Part shown: positions 1 through 10,546 of the stretch, one piece after another
Layout: each line of letters begins with the position of its first letter
How positions within the stretch are numbered: position 1 is the stretch's first letter
NCBI RefSeq assembly: GCF_000142905.1
Contig: NW_013657656.1
Coordinates: 179,369-243,368 of the forward strand
DNA length: 64,000 nt
Direction: 5' to 3'
Source of the DNA: Thecamonas trahens ATCC 50062
Lineage: Eukaryota > Protista > Apusomonadida
The notes under the pieces: model-generated
Databases searched by the model: none
The model's input: only the letters and a program-made list of their open reading frames with translations
Told to the model about the DNA's origin: nothing
Made by a program: the position numbers and the translations under genes

Positions 1-1061
1 GCAGCGTGAAGACCGGTCGCCGGCAAGGCACCGGTGTTGTTCACGATCTGGCAGCCGCTGCCCAGGGAGACGAGTGAGGAGACAGCATCGAGGCCAGCCG
101 CATGCTGGCTTGCATCGTTGCGGACCATCCCAACATTGGACCCTGTCAGCGAGGCGCTCTCGACCTGGATTGCGGTCCCGTACTTGCCCGAGTTGTCCGC
201 GAACCAAGCATTCGCCAGCGTTGCGGTGCAATGCTGAACCCGGAGCTGCGAGCGATCGCTTCTGCCGCCGGACACATCGCAGTTGGTGACTGAGAAGTCG
301 ACGACGGTGGCGGAGCACATCGCAATGTTGTGGCTTGTTCCAATGAGCACTCCGGCGCCGGTGCCGTCAGCCAGATACACGCCTGTCGCAGTCACGCTCA
401 CGTCAAACGGATTGGCTACTCCGGGGCTCCGTCCGATGACTAGCACATACGCCTGGTCATCAAGATTGTGTCCGTACGAGGCAAAGCTGGAGAGCACGAC
501 GCTCATGGTGGGTGCAAAGAGCGTAATGCTGTCGTCGTGGAGGAGGCAGACGAGGCATGCTTCACCACCGGTGGTGCTCATGGCCATGTTGTGCAGCTCG
601 ACGCGATCAAGGGCAACGTCGAATCCGACGCCCTTGGCCTTGAGCACAATGAGCTCGGAGCCTGGCTCGGTTCCAAAGTCTTCAAAGGTAAAGCCAGTCA
701 TAGAGAACGAGTCGCTGTCAGAACCCTCCATGGTCAGCAGCGGTCCTGTGGCCGACCTGCTTTCGCCAGCCGTGTTGCAGGTGACCACGATGGTCGCGCC
801 GACAACCGAGGGTCGAAGGACGACCGAGGTGACCGAATCCGGCACCGCCAGTGTGGATGTCGTGCACGCATCGACGTAGGTACCTGTATCGAAGCAGATC
901 TCCACGTCGCCGGACGCCGAAGTCAGATATGTGGCGACGCCCGCAAGCGCACTGGCGCTCAGCTCAACGGTCAGGTCGCAGGCCGAGACAGTCACAGCAG
1001 CCATGGCAGCTGCTACGAGGACCACGAGTACAGCCCGGCATCCGAAGCCACAACAGGGCAT
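1..1061 (-). CDS. Secreted or surface protein with probable parallel beta-helix (pectin-lyase-like) ectodomain; 3' end runs off the window
   Basis: Not in the ORF track because it has no stop in the window. Manual translation from ATG 1061: MPCCGFGCRAVLVVLVAAAMAAVTVSA (signal peptide) CDLTVELS...EICFDTGTY...ANAWFADNSGKYGTAIQVESASLTGSNVGMVRNDASQHAAGL...IVNNTG. FxxN/GxAI-type spacing suggests a beta-helix. Confidence 0.7.
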   Translation of the reverse strand, partial: MPCCGFGCRAVLVVLVAAAMAAVTVSACDLTVELSASALAGVATYLTSASGDVEICFDTGTYVDACTTSTLAVPDSVTSVVLRPSVVGATIVVTCNTAGESRSATGPLLTMEGSDSDSFSMTGFTFEDFGTEPGSELIVLKAKGVGFDVALDRVELHNMAMSTTGGEACLVCLLHDDSITLFAPTMSVVLSSFASYGHNLDDQAYVLVIGRSPGVANPFDVSVTATGVYLADGTGAGVLIGTSHNIAMCSATVVDFSVTNCDVSGGRSDRSQLRVQHCTATLANAWFADNSGKYGTAIQVESASLTGSNVGMVRNDASQHAAGLDAVSSLVSLGSGCQIVNNTGALPATGLHA

Positions 1062-1934
1062 CGAGCAACGGGATGGGAGGGGGGGGGGGGGGGTAAGGGA
1101 AGTGGGCTGTCGCGGTTGTGTGTATTCTCAAGTGGGGGAGCGACGGATGGAAAGCTTGCGGTGGCTTTCGGCGGCAAAATACGGCGTTCTTAGTTTGGAA
1201 GGCCATGTGAAGGTGGGGTCGGGGTTGGGGCGGGTGGATGGGTGTACATGAGGGCATGTGCATGTGCATGCGCATGCGCACGCGCGCGTGTGTGTATGCA
1301 TGTATGTAGGTATGTACGTGTAGGACATTGATCCTGATGATGATGGGCATGGTTGCAGGTGCCAAGGCTACTAGGTGGGCGTTGCGGTAGTGGCCGACGT
1401 ACGACCACGGCCGCGATCATAGCCACGATCATGGCCACGATCAAGAGTACATGGTCTGCAACACATCTATCTAGCCCCTCCGCCTCCCCCCTCCCCCCTC
1501 ATCCCTCAAATCATCGCCATTGCGGCCGCATTGCTGGCCCACCCCGGCCAGACTGGGGAAGTCCGACGAACGTTTGCTGCTCACCGAACATTGGAGTCGG
1601 CGGAGAGCACAAAACCCGAGCGATTTCAGGCATCCCCCATTGATACGCATTACAACCATCCGATTGTCACAGGACACCAGGTTCTTCCCCAACCACCTTT
1701 CTTTTTCCTTTCCTTGCCTCCTCCTCCCTCCCCCCTTCTCCGTCGCACATTCGAATCGAGTGCCCGACCCGACCACCTCACCCCAATCGATTGGTTTTCA
1801 ATAGCCCATCGATTACCCCGCGCGTCAACCCAAACCAACGCGTCCATCCCCCGCCACACCGCACCACCGTCACCCACCCACCCACCGCCCCCCCCCCTCC
1901 CGCACCCATACACACACACACACACGCACACACT

Positions 1935-2520
1935 ATGTTCCGCTCGTCTGCCCTCCGCATGGGTGCAGCGGCCGCACGGTCGATCACCATGATGAACAAG
2001 CCCACCAACTTTAAGGGCAAGTTTGCCAAGCGCAAGCCCGGTCTCTCCACCCGTAAGGGTCGGGCGCCCAAGCCGTCGCTGACCGCCAAGAAGGGCCCTG
2101 TCGGCTACTACAAGGGCTCGGGTGTTGGCGCCAAGGGCACCCGCTCTGCACGCGGTAAGCACACAGTCTGCCCCCCCCCCCCCCCTCCTCCCCGCTCCTG
2201 CACCCCCTCCCCACTCACCCTCCATGACCCTCCCCGTAGGTGTCTTTGTCCGCGACCCTGCCAAGATCCCGACCATCCTCCGTCCGGCCGCCTCGCTCGC
2301 TACCAAGTTCAAGCCGTACGTGGCGGTCGACGCGCCCAAGATGACTACCGCTCCGCCGACGGCGCACGACTTTATCGAAGAGGCTCTGCTGCAGCCGATC
2401 TGGGAGGACGCAGACATCAAGGCTCAGCTGGCCGAGCTCGAGGCTATGGGCGTCGACGTCGCCGCTGTAGGCCTCACGCCGGAGTCGTCCGACGGCAAGT
2501 TTGACGCCTGGATGAGATAG
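1935..2520 (+). CDS. MRPL41: Mitochondrial ribosomal protein mL41 (MRP-L27 family); exons 1935-2154 and 2240-2520
   Basis: Arg/Ala-rich presequence; LTAKKGPVGYYKGSG...G|VFVRDPAKIP...KFKPYV matches the mL41 pattern. Phase-1 intron GTAAGC..TAG at 2155-2239 joins the two ORF frames. Confidence 0.85.
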
Positions 2521-2584
2521 TCTCGCCGCCTGCAAAGGTTGGACGCCACAACAAACAGACACACACCCCTCATCTCTGTCCTGT

Positions 2585-5500
2585 TCACTCGGCAAAGACA
2601 AAGACCGAGCCGACACGATCGAGGACCCGCTTGAGCGCCTCGCGGACCTCGCGCCGCTCGGCAAGGGCCAGCGCGGTGAGGGACGGGTAGAGTGAAGAGG
2701 CGAGGCGCCTAAAGGCGGCCGGCTCGAGGGCGGCGGTGCCACGGAGGGCAGTGACCGCCAGTGGTGTCCACGAGAGCTCAACGTCGGCGCCGTGGACATC
2801 GCGGATCGAGGCGTAGGCGGTGACGATGGCGGTGACGAGCTCGAACAGTTGCGGGACGACCGAGCGCTCACCGGCGTCGAGCATGGCGAGCAGGATGTGG
2901 AGAGCGCCGTTCATGCCGCTCGTGGCCTGCTTGTGCAGGTTTGGAAGCTGGTCGAGGTAGCCGGCGTCGACGAGGCCCTGGCGTGCGGCCATGTCGGCGT
3001 TGAAGGTGCTCGCAAAGGTGTGCGACTGGGTGAGGCATGCCACGATGCGGAGTTCGGTCTCGACGCCCAGCTTGCCCACGAGCAGGGTGCCCATCGAGGC
3101 TGCGACGTTGATCATCAGCAGCTGGACAACGCACTTGTTGATGACGCGCGGCGGGTCAAAGAGCGGCGGCGGGTCAGTGGTGTCGGCAGCGGACGCCCGC
3201 CCGGCTTCCAGAAGCTCACGCGGGAGCGACGCATCGAACAGAGCCTCGACCCGGTCGACGACCAACGCCCACCGCGGCGGGTCAAAGGCGTCGACGTTGT
3301 CTTCGACAAGGCCCGAGAGGCAGGTCGCGCCGATGCGGGCAAGCGACTCGTTCGGCTGCAGGATGCAGTTGGCAAGGAGGACAAGAAGCTCGGGGAGGAG
3401 CGAGAAGAGGCCCGAGGCGTAGTGCGAGTAGAGCTCGACAAGTGACCGCAGAGCGTTGAGGCACGTCGTCTTGAGCCACTCGGTGTTGAGCGACGGCTCG
3501 TCGCAGTGGGTCACGTCGTCAAACATGGGGAAGAGGACGCCGCGGAAAATGAGCTCCCACACCTCGCTCGAGAACTGCACCCCGTACGCCTTGAGGACGT
3601 CAAACAGGACCTGCAGCGCCTTGGTCCGCACCGCCAGGTGCTGGGCCGAGACCAGCGACGAGAGGCCCATGAGCAGCGGCCACCAGTACTTCATGGCAAG
3701 CTCATCCGCAGACGCCCGTCGCGGCGACCGTCCGCCGCTCTCCTCTGACCCGCCGCCGTCGCTGCCGCATTCGGCGGCGGCGGCCACCACGCGCCCCTCG
3801 GCCAGCTCGCGTGACCAAAAGTGCACAAAGTCGATGGCCTTGAGCGCAACCTGCGGGTACAGCACTTGCCGGCCAAAGTCCATGAGGCAGTTGATCGAGT
3901 CGGTGAAAAAGGCGGCAACCTGCACAAAGTGGCCAGAAATGATGGTCTCCACAAGGTCGAACGCGCTCACCACCGTCGCCTCCTCCTCGTCGGACGCCGC
4001 CATGGAGAGGACGCCGAAAATGCCCTTCCAGCCCGACTTGATCATGGCGGTCCGGGTCAGCACAATCTGCCGCAGGCACGCCACGACCATCTCGCGGATG
4101 GCAGGCGACGACGACGACGCCATGATCTGCTCAAACGGGCGCAGAAACTCTTTCTGGATGTTGTAGTTGGCCAGCTCCTCCTTCTGCAGCGCTTGCATGT
4201 TGAGCTGCCGGATGGTGTCGATGGCAATGTGCGCCACAGACGGGTTCGCGTGGCACCCGACGTCTGAAAGAAAAGCGGCCAGGATGGCCCAGATCCGACC
4301 CCACACCAGCCGGATCCGGCCCATGTTAAAGTACGCCACGTCGACCGTCTTCTGCAGCAGGAACAGCCGCACGCCGTCCGGCGCCTCCAGCTCGTCCTTT
4401 GCCACAGCACACAGCTGACGCACAAACTCCACAATTGCAGAGTTGTCCAGCTCTACCGAGTCCGAGAACACCCGGTCCACCGCTGCCGTGTCCACCGCGC
4501 CTGCAATCGCGCTCGAGTTGAGCTCCTCAATCCGTCCACGGTCCGGCACCCGAAGCACGCTGCTCCCGGCTCCGCCGCCACGCGTTGCGCCTGCCCCCGT
4601 CGGCGCCGGCGGCTCGATCAGCCCGCGCGCAAGCTCCGACAGCCCGTTGCTCGACTTGTTTCGCCGGCCAAACAGCGACGAGAGCGACATCGATGACTCG
4701 TTGCTCGTGCCGTCGGCAGGGCTTGCGCCGGCAGCGTCGGCAGCGCCGACTGCACCATCCGAGCCTGAGCCCGAGCCCCCGTCGTGGCGGTCTTCAGTCC
4801 CGCGCGACTTGCTCCGCGACTTGCCCCGCGACTTGACCTTGGCCTTAGCCTTGGCCTTGGCTTTGGCCTTGGCCTTGGTCTTGCCCCGCGACTTGGCTTT
4901 GCCCTTGCGCGGCGTCGACCGGGTCGAGCTCTGCGACGGCGGGCGAGCTGGTGAGCTCGCGGCTCCTGCCTGCGGTGCTCCTGAGCCAGGCTCCTGCGAC
5001 AGCGCAGGCAGCACGTTGGCCGGCTGGATGCCGAGCGAGAGGATCTGCAGGTGGTCGAGCTGCGAGATTGAGCGCAGGACGTCGGACCACGACTCCATCA
5101 GGTAGTTGCCCTGAGTGTTGGCAATGTGGATGAGCATGCGGATGGCATCGACGTTCTTGGACGACATGGCCTTGGAGGCGTCAAGGTAGGTAAACTTGGC
5201 CAGTGAGGTGACAAACGCGTTGCGTTCGGTTGAGAGGTAGAAGAGCGAGGCAATGCGGATGGCGAGCTCAAAGCCGCGGAGCGCATGGGCCACAACCTGG
5301 GCCACGGTAGTCGTCTCGAGAAGAACTGAGAGGACCGCCAGCAGGGCGTGCCATGTGTTCTGGAACATGAGACGGACATGGTCGATGTGGTTCGCCGTGT
5401 GGAACGGGGTAGGCGGTCCAGCCTTGGAAAAGAGCGTTTGCGACTTGCGGATCATAAACTCGGTCTCGCGCTGGAAGCGGGCGTGGCGCTCCTTGGCCGA

Positions 5501-8275
5501 CGACGACTTGCGCGACGCGTCGGCGGCAATCTGCTCGTCCTGGAGCTTGATCTCGTTGTGCAGGATGTCGTTGTAGATGTCCTCGAGCATCTTGCGCGGG
5601 AGCGACTCGCCGTCGTCGATGCCGCGGTTGTTAGAGACAAACTCGTCGAGCGTCATCTTGGTCTTGATCTGCTCCGAGTGCAGGTCGGTGTTGAGCATGA
5701 TGGTAGCAAAGGCGAGGACGTAGACGGTGTCTGCGTTGGCAAACTCACCTTCGTTTGTCACCGTGAACCGCTCCGCGAACTTGATCATCATCCGGTCAAT
5801 CTTCTGAGCCTCGCCCGGCAGGCGGAAGCCCGAGAGGAACTGCCGGAGCGCGTCGACAAAGGTCTTGCCCTCAAACGAGAGGCTGTCGACCCAGGCGTGC
5901 ATGACGGCCACGTTGAACTCGTCGGCCTCGCCGAGGTATGCCCCGATCTGGTCAAGCCGGAAGCCCGGCGTCGACTTGAGGAGCGCGGCCACGGCCTCGG
6001 GGCTCTTCTCGACTGCGCCGGCGTCGATGAGGTAGGCGATGCCCTTTTTCGGCTTGAGATTAAACTTGGCGATGCCGGCCTCGAGCACCTGCTTGGCCTG
6101 CTTGGCCTGCTCAAACATGGCCGGCGAAGCCGGTGTCGTCTCCGAAGCGGCAGCACCGCTGGCTGGACAAGGCGTACCAGGCGCAAACGCCGGGCCGGGC
6201 CGGGCGGGCGCACTACTGGCCGACTCGTCGTCGGGCTCCGACTCGTCGCCGCCGGTCTCGGAGCCGGCAGCAGCCGCGAGGCCGGCGCGGCCGTCGTCGA
6301 CCTCGTCGGTCCAGGCCACCATCGAGTCGAGGATGGAGACAAGACACTCGAGCGCCAGCAGCTCCATGGCGGCCTTTTGCTGGTCGCTCACCGAGGAGAG
6401 GGCACCAGACGAGAGATGGCCCTGTGCAATGCGCGAGAGGTCGTCAACAATGGCCTGGAAGATGTTCTTGCCGTTGATGTCGCAGTCATAATTGAGAAAG
6501 AGGTCAACAAGCGTCTGCGGCTGGGTACAGAGGCTCGACAAGCTCTTGAGCACCATCCACTGCTGCTCGAGCGAGGTGTTCGGTGATTCGAGGACACGGA
6601 GGAAGAGGTTGGTGAAGAAGACCCCGATCTCGACCTTGAGCACGTCCTTAAAGTGTGTGAGGAGGACAATAAAGAGCGAGAGCGAGAGGCCAAACACGGC
6701 CGGCACCGGCGAGACGCCATTCTTGAGCAGCGTCGCTCCGCACAGGTACTGCCGCACAGCGCTCACAAACTTGTCCTTGGTCCGGAAGACAGGACCCCAC
6801 TTGTGGACAATATACAGCAGCAGCTCGAGCGAGAGAATCTTGGACCGCATGGCAATCGAGTCGGCACCCGAGCCCGAGCCGGAGCCGCTGTCGACGCCGT
6901 CTTTGACCGACAGCTTGCAGAGGGCGCGAAAGACAAGAAAGGCGTCCTTTTGCACCACCGACGAGATCCGGACTCCGGCGGCAGCCTCGGCGAGGGTCTC
7001 AGGCGCCCGGGTAAAAGGCGGGAGGATGGTGGTCTGCGCGTTTCCTGGCGGCGCGGCCGAGCCGCCAGACTCGAGCGACGAGGCCGACGACGACCGCGGA
7101 CGGACCGGGGCCGGCCGCGCAGGCGCCAGCGCCGCGGCCTCCACCGCCGCCACATGGGTATCGCGGCACGCCACCGAGCACAGCGGCTGAGTGGTCTGCT
7201 GCGAAAAGTGGTTGGCCGGCGCGCCGCACACGGTGCAGTAGCCGTACTTGCCGGGCGGGGCAATAGGGGTGACAGCGGCGGCGTTGCGCGCCGCCGGCGA
7301 CACGCCATCGGCGTCCGAGACGACGCTCGACCGCCGCGACGACGGGGCGCCGGCGTCGCTCTCGGACACGTCGCCGCTTGCTCCGCCCCCGCCGTCGAGG
7401 CGGGCAAAGACCTTGGAAGTCATCTGGCGCAGCGCGGCACGCGCGGTCGTCTGGTTCATCTTGTTCCGCGAGACAAGGTAGATGTTGTACACGGTGCGAA
7501 TGCCCTTGAGCAGCGACGGGCCGTGGGCCTCAAACGTCGACGACTGCACCGCAGTCAGGACAGCCTTGATGATCTGAAGCTCGGCCTTTTCATCTGCATA
7601 CTCGTAGCAGTCACAGAGAGTATCCATGACGACGTCGGCGAGCATGCGCGGTGCAGCGGCGTCGCCGGTGCCCAACGGCGTCGTGCCCTTGAGCCACGAG
7701 TAGGCAATGAGCTTCTGAATGCAGTCGAGGGCGGTGACCATCAGCCGCGCGTTGCCAGACTCGCAGGCGAGCTTGAACGGAAGAAAGTGGAGCTCGCCAA
7801 GGGCAGGCTCCCAGTCATCAGGGTCGGCGGCGTCAAAGCCGGGCACGACGCCGGTTAGAAAGGCAACGATGCCGTCGCGCTCGATCCGTGCCTCCTGCTC
7901 CTCAATCGACTCGAGCGCGTCGCGACACGCTTCCTTCACCTTGGCCGCCCGCTTCGCTTCCTTGCCGAGCACGCTGAACGACCGCGAGAGGAAGAGCAGT
8001 TGGTTGGAGATTCGCTCGCGGGCCGCGAGCTGGGACGAGACTGACGGCAGCTGTGCGCCGCCGCCTTCTGAAGCAGATTGACCTTGGTTGTCAGGTTCAG
8101 CATTTTCGGCTACGCCCGCGTCGTGGCCGTTACGCTCAGTTGCGCTGGTGTGCGCCTCTGTATCGCCTCCAGACCCAGACTCCACCTTGGAGTCGGCGGC
8201 TGGCGGCGAACGAGGGCGAGCCACGTTGCCCGCGCCGGTCTCGGGCTCGCACGGCTCGGACGCAGACCCAGACAT
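2585..8275 (-). CDS. ARFGEF1: BIG/Sec7-type large ARF guanine-nucleotide exchange factor (DCB, HUS, Sec7, HDS domains), 1896 aa
   Basis: ALDCIQKLIAY (DCB), RSKILSLELL and LFLNYDCD (HUS), FRLPGEAQKIDR glutamic finger and IMLNTDLH (Sec7), IKSGWK and WLKTTC (HDS). Confidence 0.95.
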   Translation of the reverse strand: MSGSASEPCEPETGAGNVARPRSPPAADSKVESGSGGDTEAHTSATERNGHDAGVAENAEPDNQGQSASEGGGAQLPSVSSQLAARERISNQLLFLSRSFSVLGKEAKRAAKVKEACRDALESIEEQEARIERDGIVAFLTGVVPGFDAADPDDWEPALGELHFLPFKLACESGNARLMVTALDCIQKLIAYSWLKGTTPLGTGDAAAPRMLADVVMDTLCDCYEYADEKAELQIIKAVLTAVQSSTFEAHGPSLLKGIRTVYNIYLVSRNKMNQTTARAALRQMTSKVFARLDGGGGASGDVSESDAGAPSSRRSSVVSDADGVSPAARNAAAVTPIAPPGKYGYCTVCGAPANHFSQQTTQPLCSVACRDTHVAAVEAAALAPARPAPVRPRSSSASSLESGGSAAPPGNAQTTILPPFTRAPETLAEAAAGVRISSVVQKDAFLVFRALCKLSVKDGVDSGSGSGSGADSIAMRSKILSLELLLYIVHKWGPVFRTKDKFVSAVRQYLCGATLLKNGVSPVPAVFGLSLSLFIVLLTHFKDVLKVEIGVFFTNLFLRVLESPNTSLEQQWMVLKSLSSLCTQPQTLVDLFLNYDCDINGKNIFQAIVDDLSRIAQGHLSSGALSSVSDQQKAAMELLALECLVSILDSMVAWTDEVDDGRAGLAAAAGSETGGDESEPDDESASSAPARPGPAFAPGTPCPASGAAASETTPASPAMFEQAKQAKQVLEAGIAKFNLKPKKGIAYLIDAGAVEKSPEAVAALLKSTPGFRLDQIGAYLGEADEFNVAVMHAWVDSLSFEGKTFVDALRQFLSGFRLPGEAQKIDRMMIKFAERFTVTNEGEFANADTVYVLAFATIMLNTDLHSEQIKTKMTLDEFVSNNRGIDDGESLPRKMLEDIYNDILHNEIKLQDEQIAADASRKSSSAKERHARFQRETEFMIRKSQTLFSKAGPPTPFHTANHIDHVRLMFQNTWHALLAVLSVLLETTTVAQVVAHALRGFELAIRIASLFYLSTERNAFVTSLAKFTYLDASKAMSSKNVDAIRMLIHIANTQGNYLMESWSDVLRSISQLDHLQILSLGIQPANVLPALSQEPGSGAPQAGAASSPARPPSQSSTRSTPRKGKAKSRGKTKAKAKAKAKAKAKVKSRGKSRSKSRGTEDRHDGGSGSGSDGAVGAADAAGASPADGTSNESSMSLSSLFGRRNKSSNGLSELARGLIEPPAPTGAGATRGGGAGSSVLRVPDRGRIEELNSSAIAGAVDTAAVDRVFSDSVELDNSAIVEFVRQLCAVAKDELEAPDGVRLFLLQKTVDVAYFNMGRIRLVWGRIWAILAAFLSDVGCHANPSVAHIAIDTIRQLNMQALQKEELANYNIQKEFLRPFEQIMASSSSPAIREMVVACLRQIVLTRTAMIKSGWKGIFGVLSMAASDEEEATVVSAFDLVETIISGHFVQVAAFFTDSINCLMDFGRQVLYPQVALKAIDFVHFWSRELAEGRVVAAAAECGSDGGGSEESGGRSPRRASADELAMKYWWPLLMGLSSLVSAQHLAVRTKALQVLFDVLKAYGVQFSSEVWELIFRGVLFPMFDDVTHCDEPSLNTEWLKTTCLNALRSLVELYSHYASGLFSLLPELLVLLANCILQPNESLARIGATCLSGLVEDNVDAFDPPRWALVVDRVEALFDASLPRELLEAGRASAADTTDPPPLFDPPRVINKCVVQLLMINVAASMGTLLVGKLGVETELRIVACLTQSHTFASTFNADMAARQGLVDAGYLDQLPNLHKQATSGMNGALHILLAMLDAGERSVVPQLFELVTAIVTAYASIRDVHGADVELSWTPLAVTALRGTAALEPAAFRRLASSLYPSLTALALAERREVREALKRVLDRVGSVFVFAE

Positions 8276-8786
8276 TCACTGCTTGTTACCCCCAACAGCC
8301 TACGGCACTCCGTCAGCGTCCAAATGCTCATGGTAAGTGCCTTCATTACTTCACGCCCTCCTTCCCTCCCTCTCCCACCCACCCGCCAGCGTGGTAGGGA
8401 CGTGGCTCGAAATTTGCTCGAGCCACCCTTCCACCCCTCCGGGTACCCTGGCTCGCCCCAAGGCCTGCAGCCGCAGCCACGGCCGGGTCCACCCACTTCA
8501 GAACCCCGTCCCCCCTCCAGGCTTCCCCATGGAAGTGTGCCCCACCACCTCCCTCCCCCACCTCTCCTCTGGTGGTTTTGTTGCCAGGCACACATCCCCC
8601 ATACTTACAGTCCCTGGGTCACACGCAGTCTCTTGACGAGTGGTGGCCGGCGATGGTCGATGGCTGGCGATGGTCGACGTCGGTTTGGCGGCAAGCGGAC
8701 GGCGAGTCGCCCGAGAGTGTGCGAGCCTGATCACCGCCTCGCCCCGCGCGACTGCCGCAACACCGCACGCCAGTCGCAACACGGAC

Positions 8787-10447
8787 ATGGCCGGAGACGC
8801 GGACAAGGCTGCCAAGCTGGAAGCCTTCCTCGCATCCAATGTGGAAGAGGGGGGGCGGACGGTACGTGGCGGTGAGGGAAGGGAAGAGGAAAGGTGGGGG
8901 GGGAGGGAGGGCTGACATGGCGCTGCGTAGAATCGTCGCTCTATCCACAGCACCCGGCGGTCGACTCACAGACATGGCACGCGGTGGCTTTGGGTTGCCC
9001 ACCGGTACAGGTGTCGGCCAAGGGCCTGGCTCATGAGATGGGAGTGCCGTTGGCGGATGCACGGGCTGCGCTGGAGGGGTATGCCACCGGGAAGGCTCGC
9101 GACAAGCTGGCGGTGACCTGGTGCGTGTGCGGGACGACGGGAGACGGAAAGCACACTGTGGCGCTGGCGACGGGGTCGCGGGCGGAGGCGGTGGCGGCAA
9201 GCCTGGCCAAGGTCACCTCGCGGACGGTGTACGCGGTGGCGCTGGTGGCCGATGCGCCCGACGGAGTGCCGGTCGACGCGCTCGCGTCGGCGAACACTGC
9301 GGCGCACAAGGCACTCTATCGCAGCTTTGATGAGCCTGGCAACGTGCTCCGCGAGTCGCGCATGGGTGGCATTGTAGCCAAGGGCGTGGTTGTCCGCTCT
9401 GCCAAGGCGCGAGAGGCTCGCATTGATGCTCCGGCGTTCGAGGCCGAGCCGAGGCGTACAGCATCGGTCAAAAAGGTCAAGGAGGTGAGCAAGAAGTCGC
9501 TGGCGTCGTTCTTTGGGGCAGCCGGATCGGAGCCCAAGGCGAGCAAGGGCAAGGCGAGCAAGGGCAAGGCGAGCAAGGGCAAGGTGAGCAAGGGCAAGGC
9601 GAGCAAGGGCAAGGCTAAGCCCGATGCCGAGACCAAGCCCGAGCCTGCAAGTGGATCCAAGCGCCGGCGCCTCATCGAGTCCGAGTCGGACTCGGATTCC
9701 GAGTCTGAGCGGGAGGCGGAGGCTGGCGAGCCCGTGGCTGCCAAGACTGGACACAAGGAGACAACACCGCGCAAGCTCGCCAAGAATTTGGCTGGCCGCA
9801 AGGCGTCGCCGGCCAACTCGCCGATCAAGACGGCATCGCCGGTGAAGCGTGCCAAGTCGAAGAAGGCAGCAGCCGCCGCCGCTGCCACCGCTACCGCCGC
9901 CGAGCCTGTGGCCATGGACGTGGTGGAGACAAAGATGGAGACGGAGACGGAGACCAAGGCCGAGGCCAAGGCCAAGGCCAAGGCCAAAACGTCGGTCAAA
10001 GTCGCGATTAGTGCGGTGGAAGGCGAGGCCAGCGGCAAGGCCGACGACAAGCCGGCCGGGAAGGCCAAGACCAAGAAGAGCGGCAAGGTGTCGATCAACC
10101 CCAACATGGATTTGGCGCAGATGTACTTTGCCGCCAAGACTGAGACGTCGACTGGCGATGATGGCGGCAAGACTCAGGGTCTCGAGCCGAGCAAGGCCAG
10201 CAAGCCGAACACGCGGCGGGTCCGCAAGACGCGGATGGTCTCCAAGACCTTTACTACCGAAGAGGGCTATCTGCTCACCGAAGACGTGGAGGAAGAGTAC
10301 TGGGAGGAGGAGGAGATCCCAGCGAGCGAGGCTGCGCCAGGGCCGGCGGCGGCGGTGTTTGGTGGCAAGAGCAAGGCGACGGGCAACAAGGGCAAGGCGA
10401 GGAGCGGCAAGCAGGCATCGCTGACATCGTTCTTTGGCGCTAGCTAG
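8787..10447 (+). CDS. POLD3: DNA polymerase delta subunit 3 (Cdc27/Pol32); exons 8787-8861 and 9011-10447
   Basis: Spliced N-terminus MAGDADKAAKLEAFLASNVEEGGRT|VSAKGLAHEMGVPLADARAALEGY (winged-helix-like), K-rich linker, KTFTTEEGYLLTE motif and C-terminal PIP box QASLTSFF. Phase-0 intron GTACGT..CAG at 8862-9010. Confidence 0.88.
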
Positions 10448-10546
10448 TGGGTGGGGCGGGGAATGAAGAGCGGGTTGCGGGGCCAATGAGAGAGTCATTT
10501 ACGATGGATGAGTGAGGCACTGCCGCGGCCGGCGACAGGAATGCGC

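Noticed and set aside
1269-1280. NRF1-like site upstream of a mitoribosomal gene
   Set aside because: NRF1 is known as an animal factor, and the palindrome arises easily within an RY tract.
5348-7858. Many long antisense or alternate-frame ORFs (e.g. 5348-6586, 6653-7858, 8966-10498, 25847-27211, 36999-38228)
   Set aside because: Shadows of real genes expected from high GC3; no motifs of their own.
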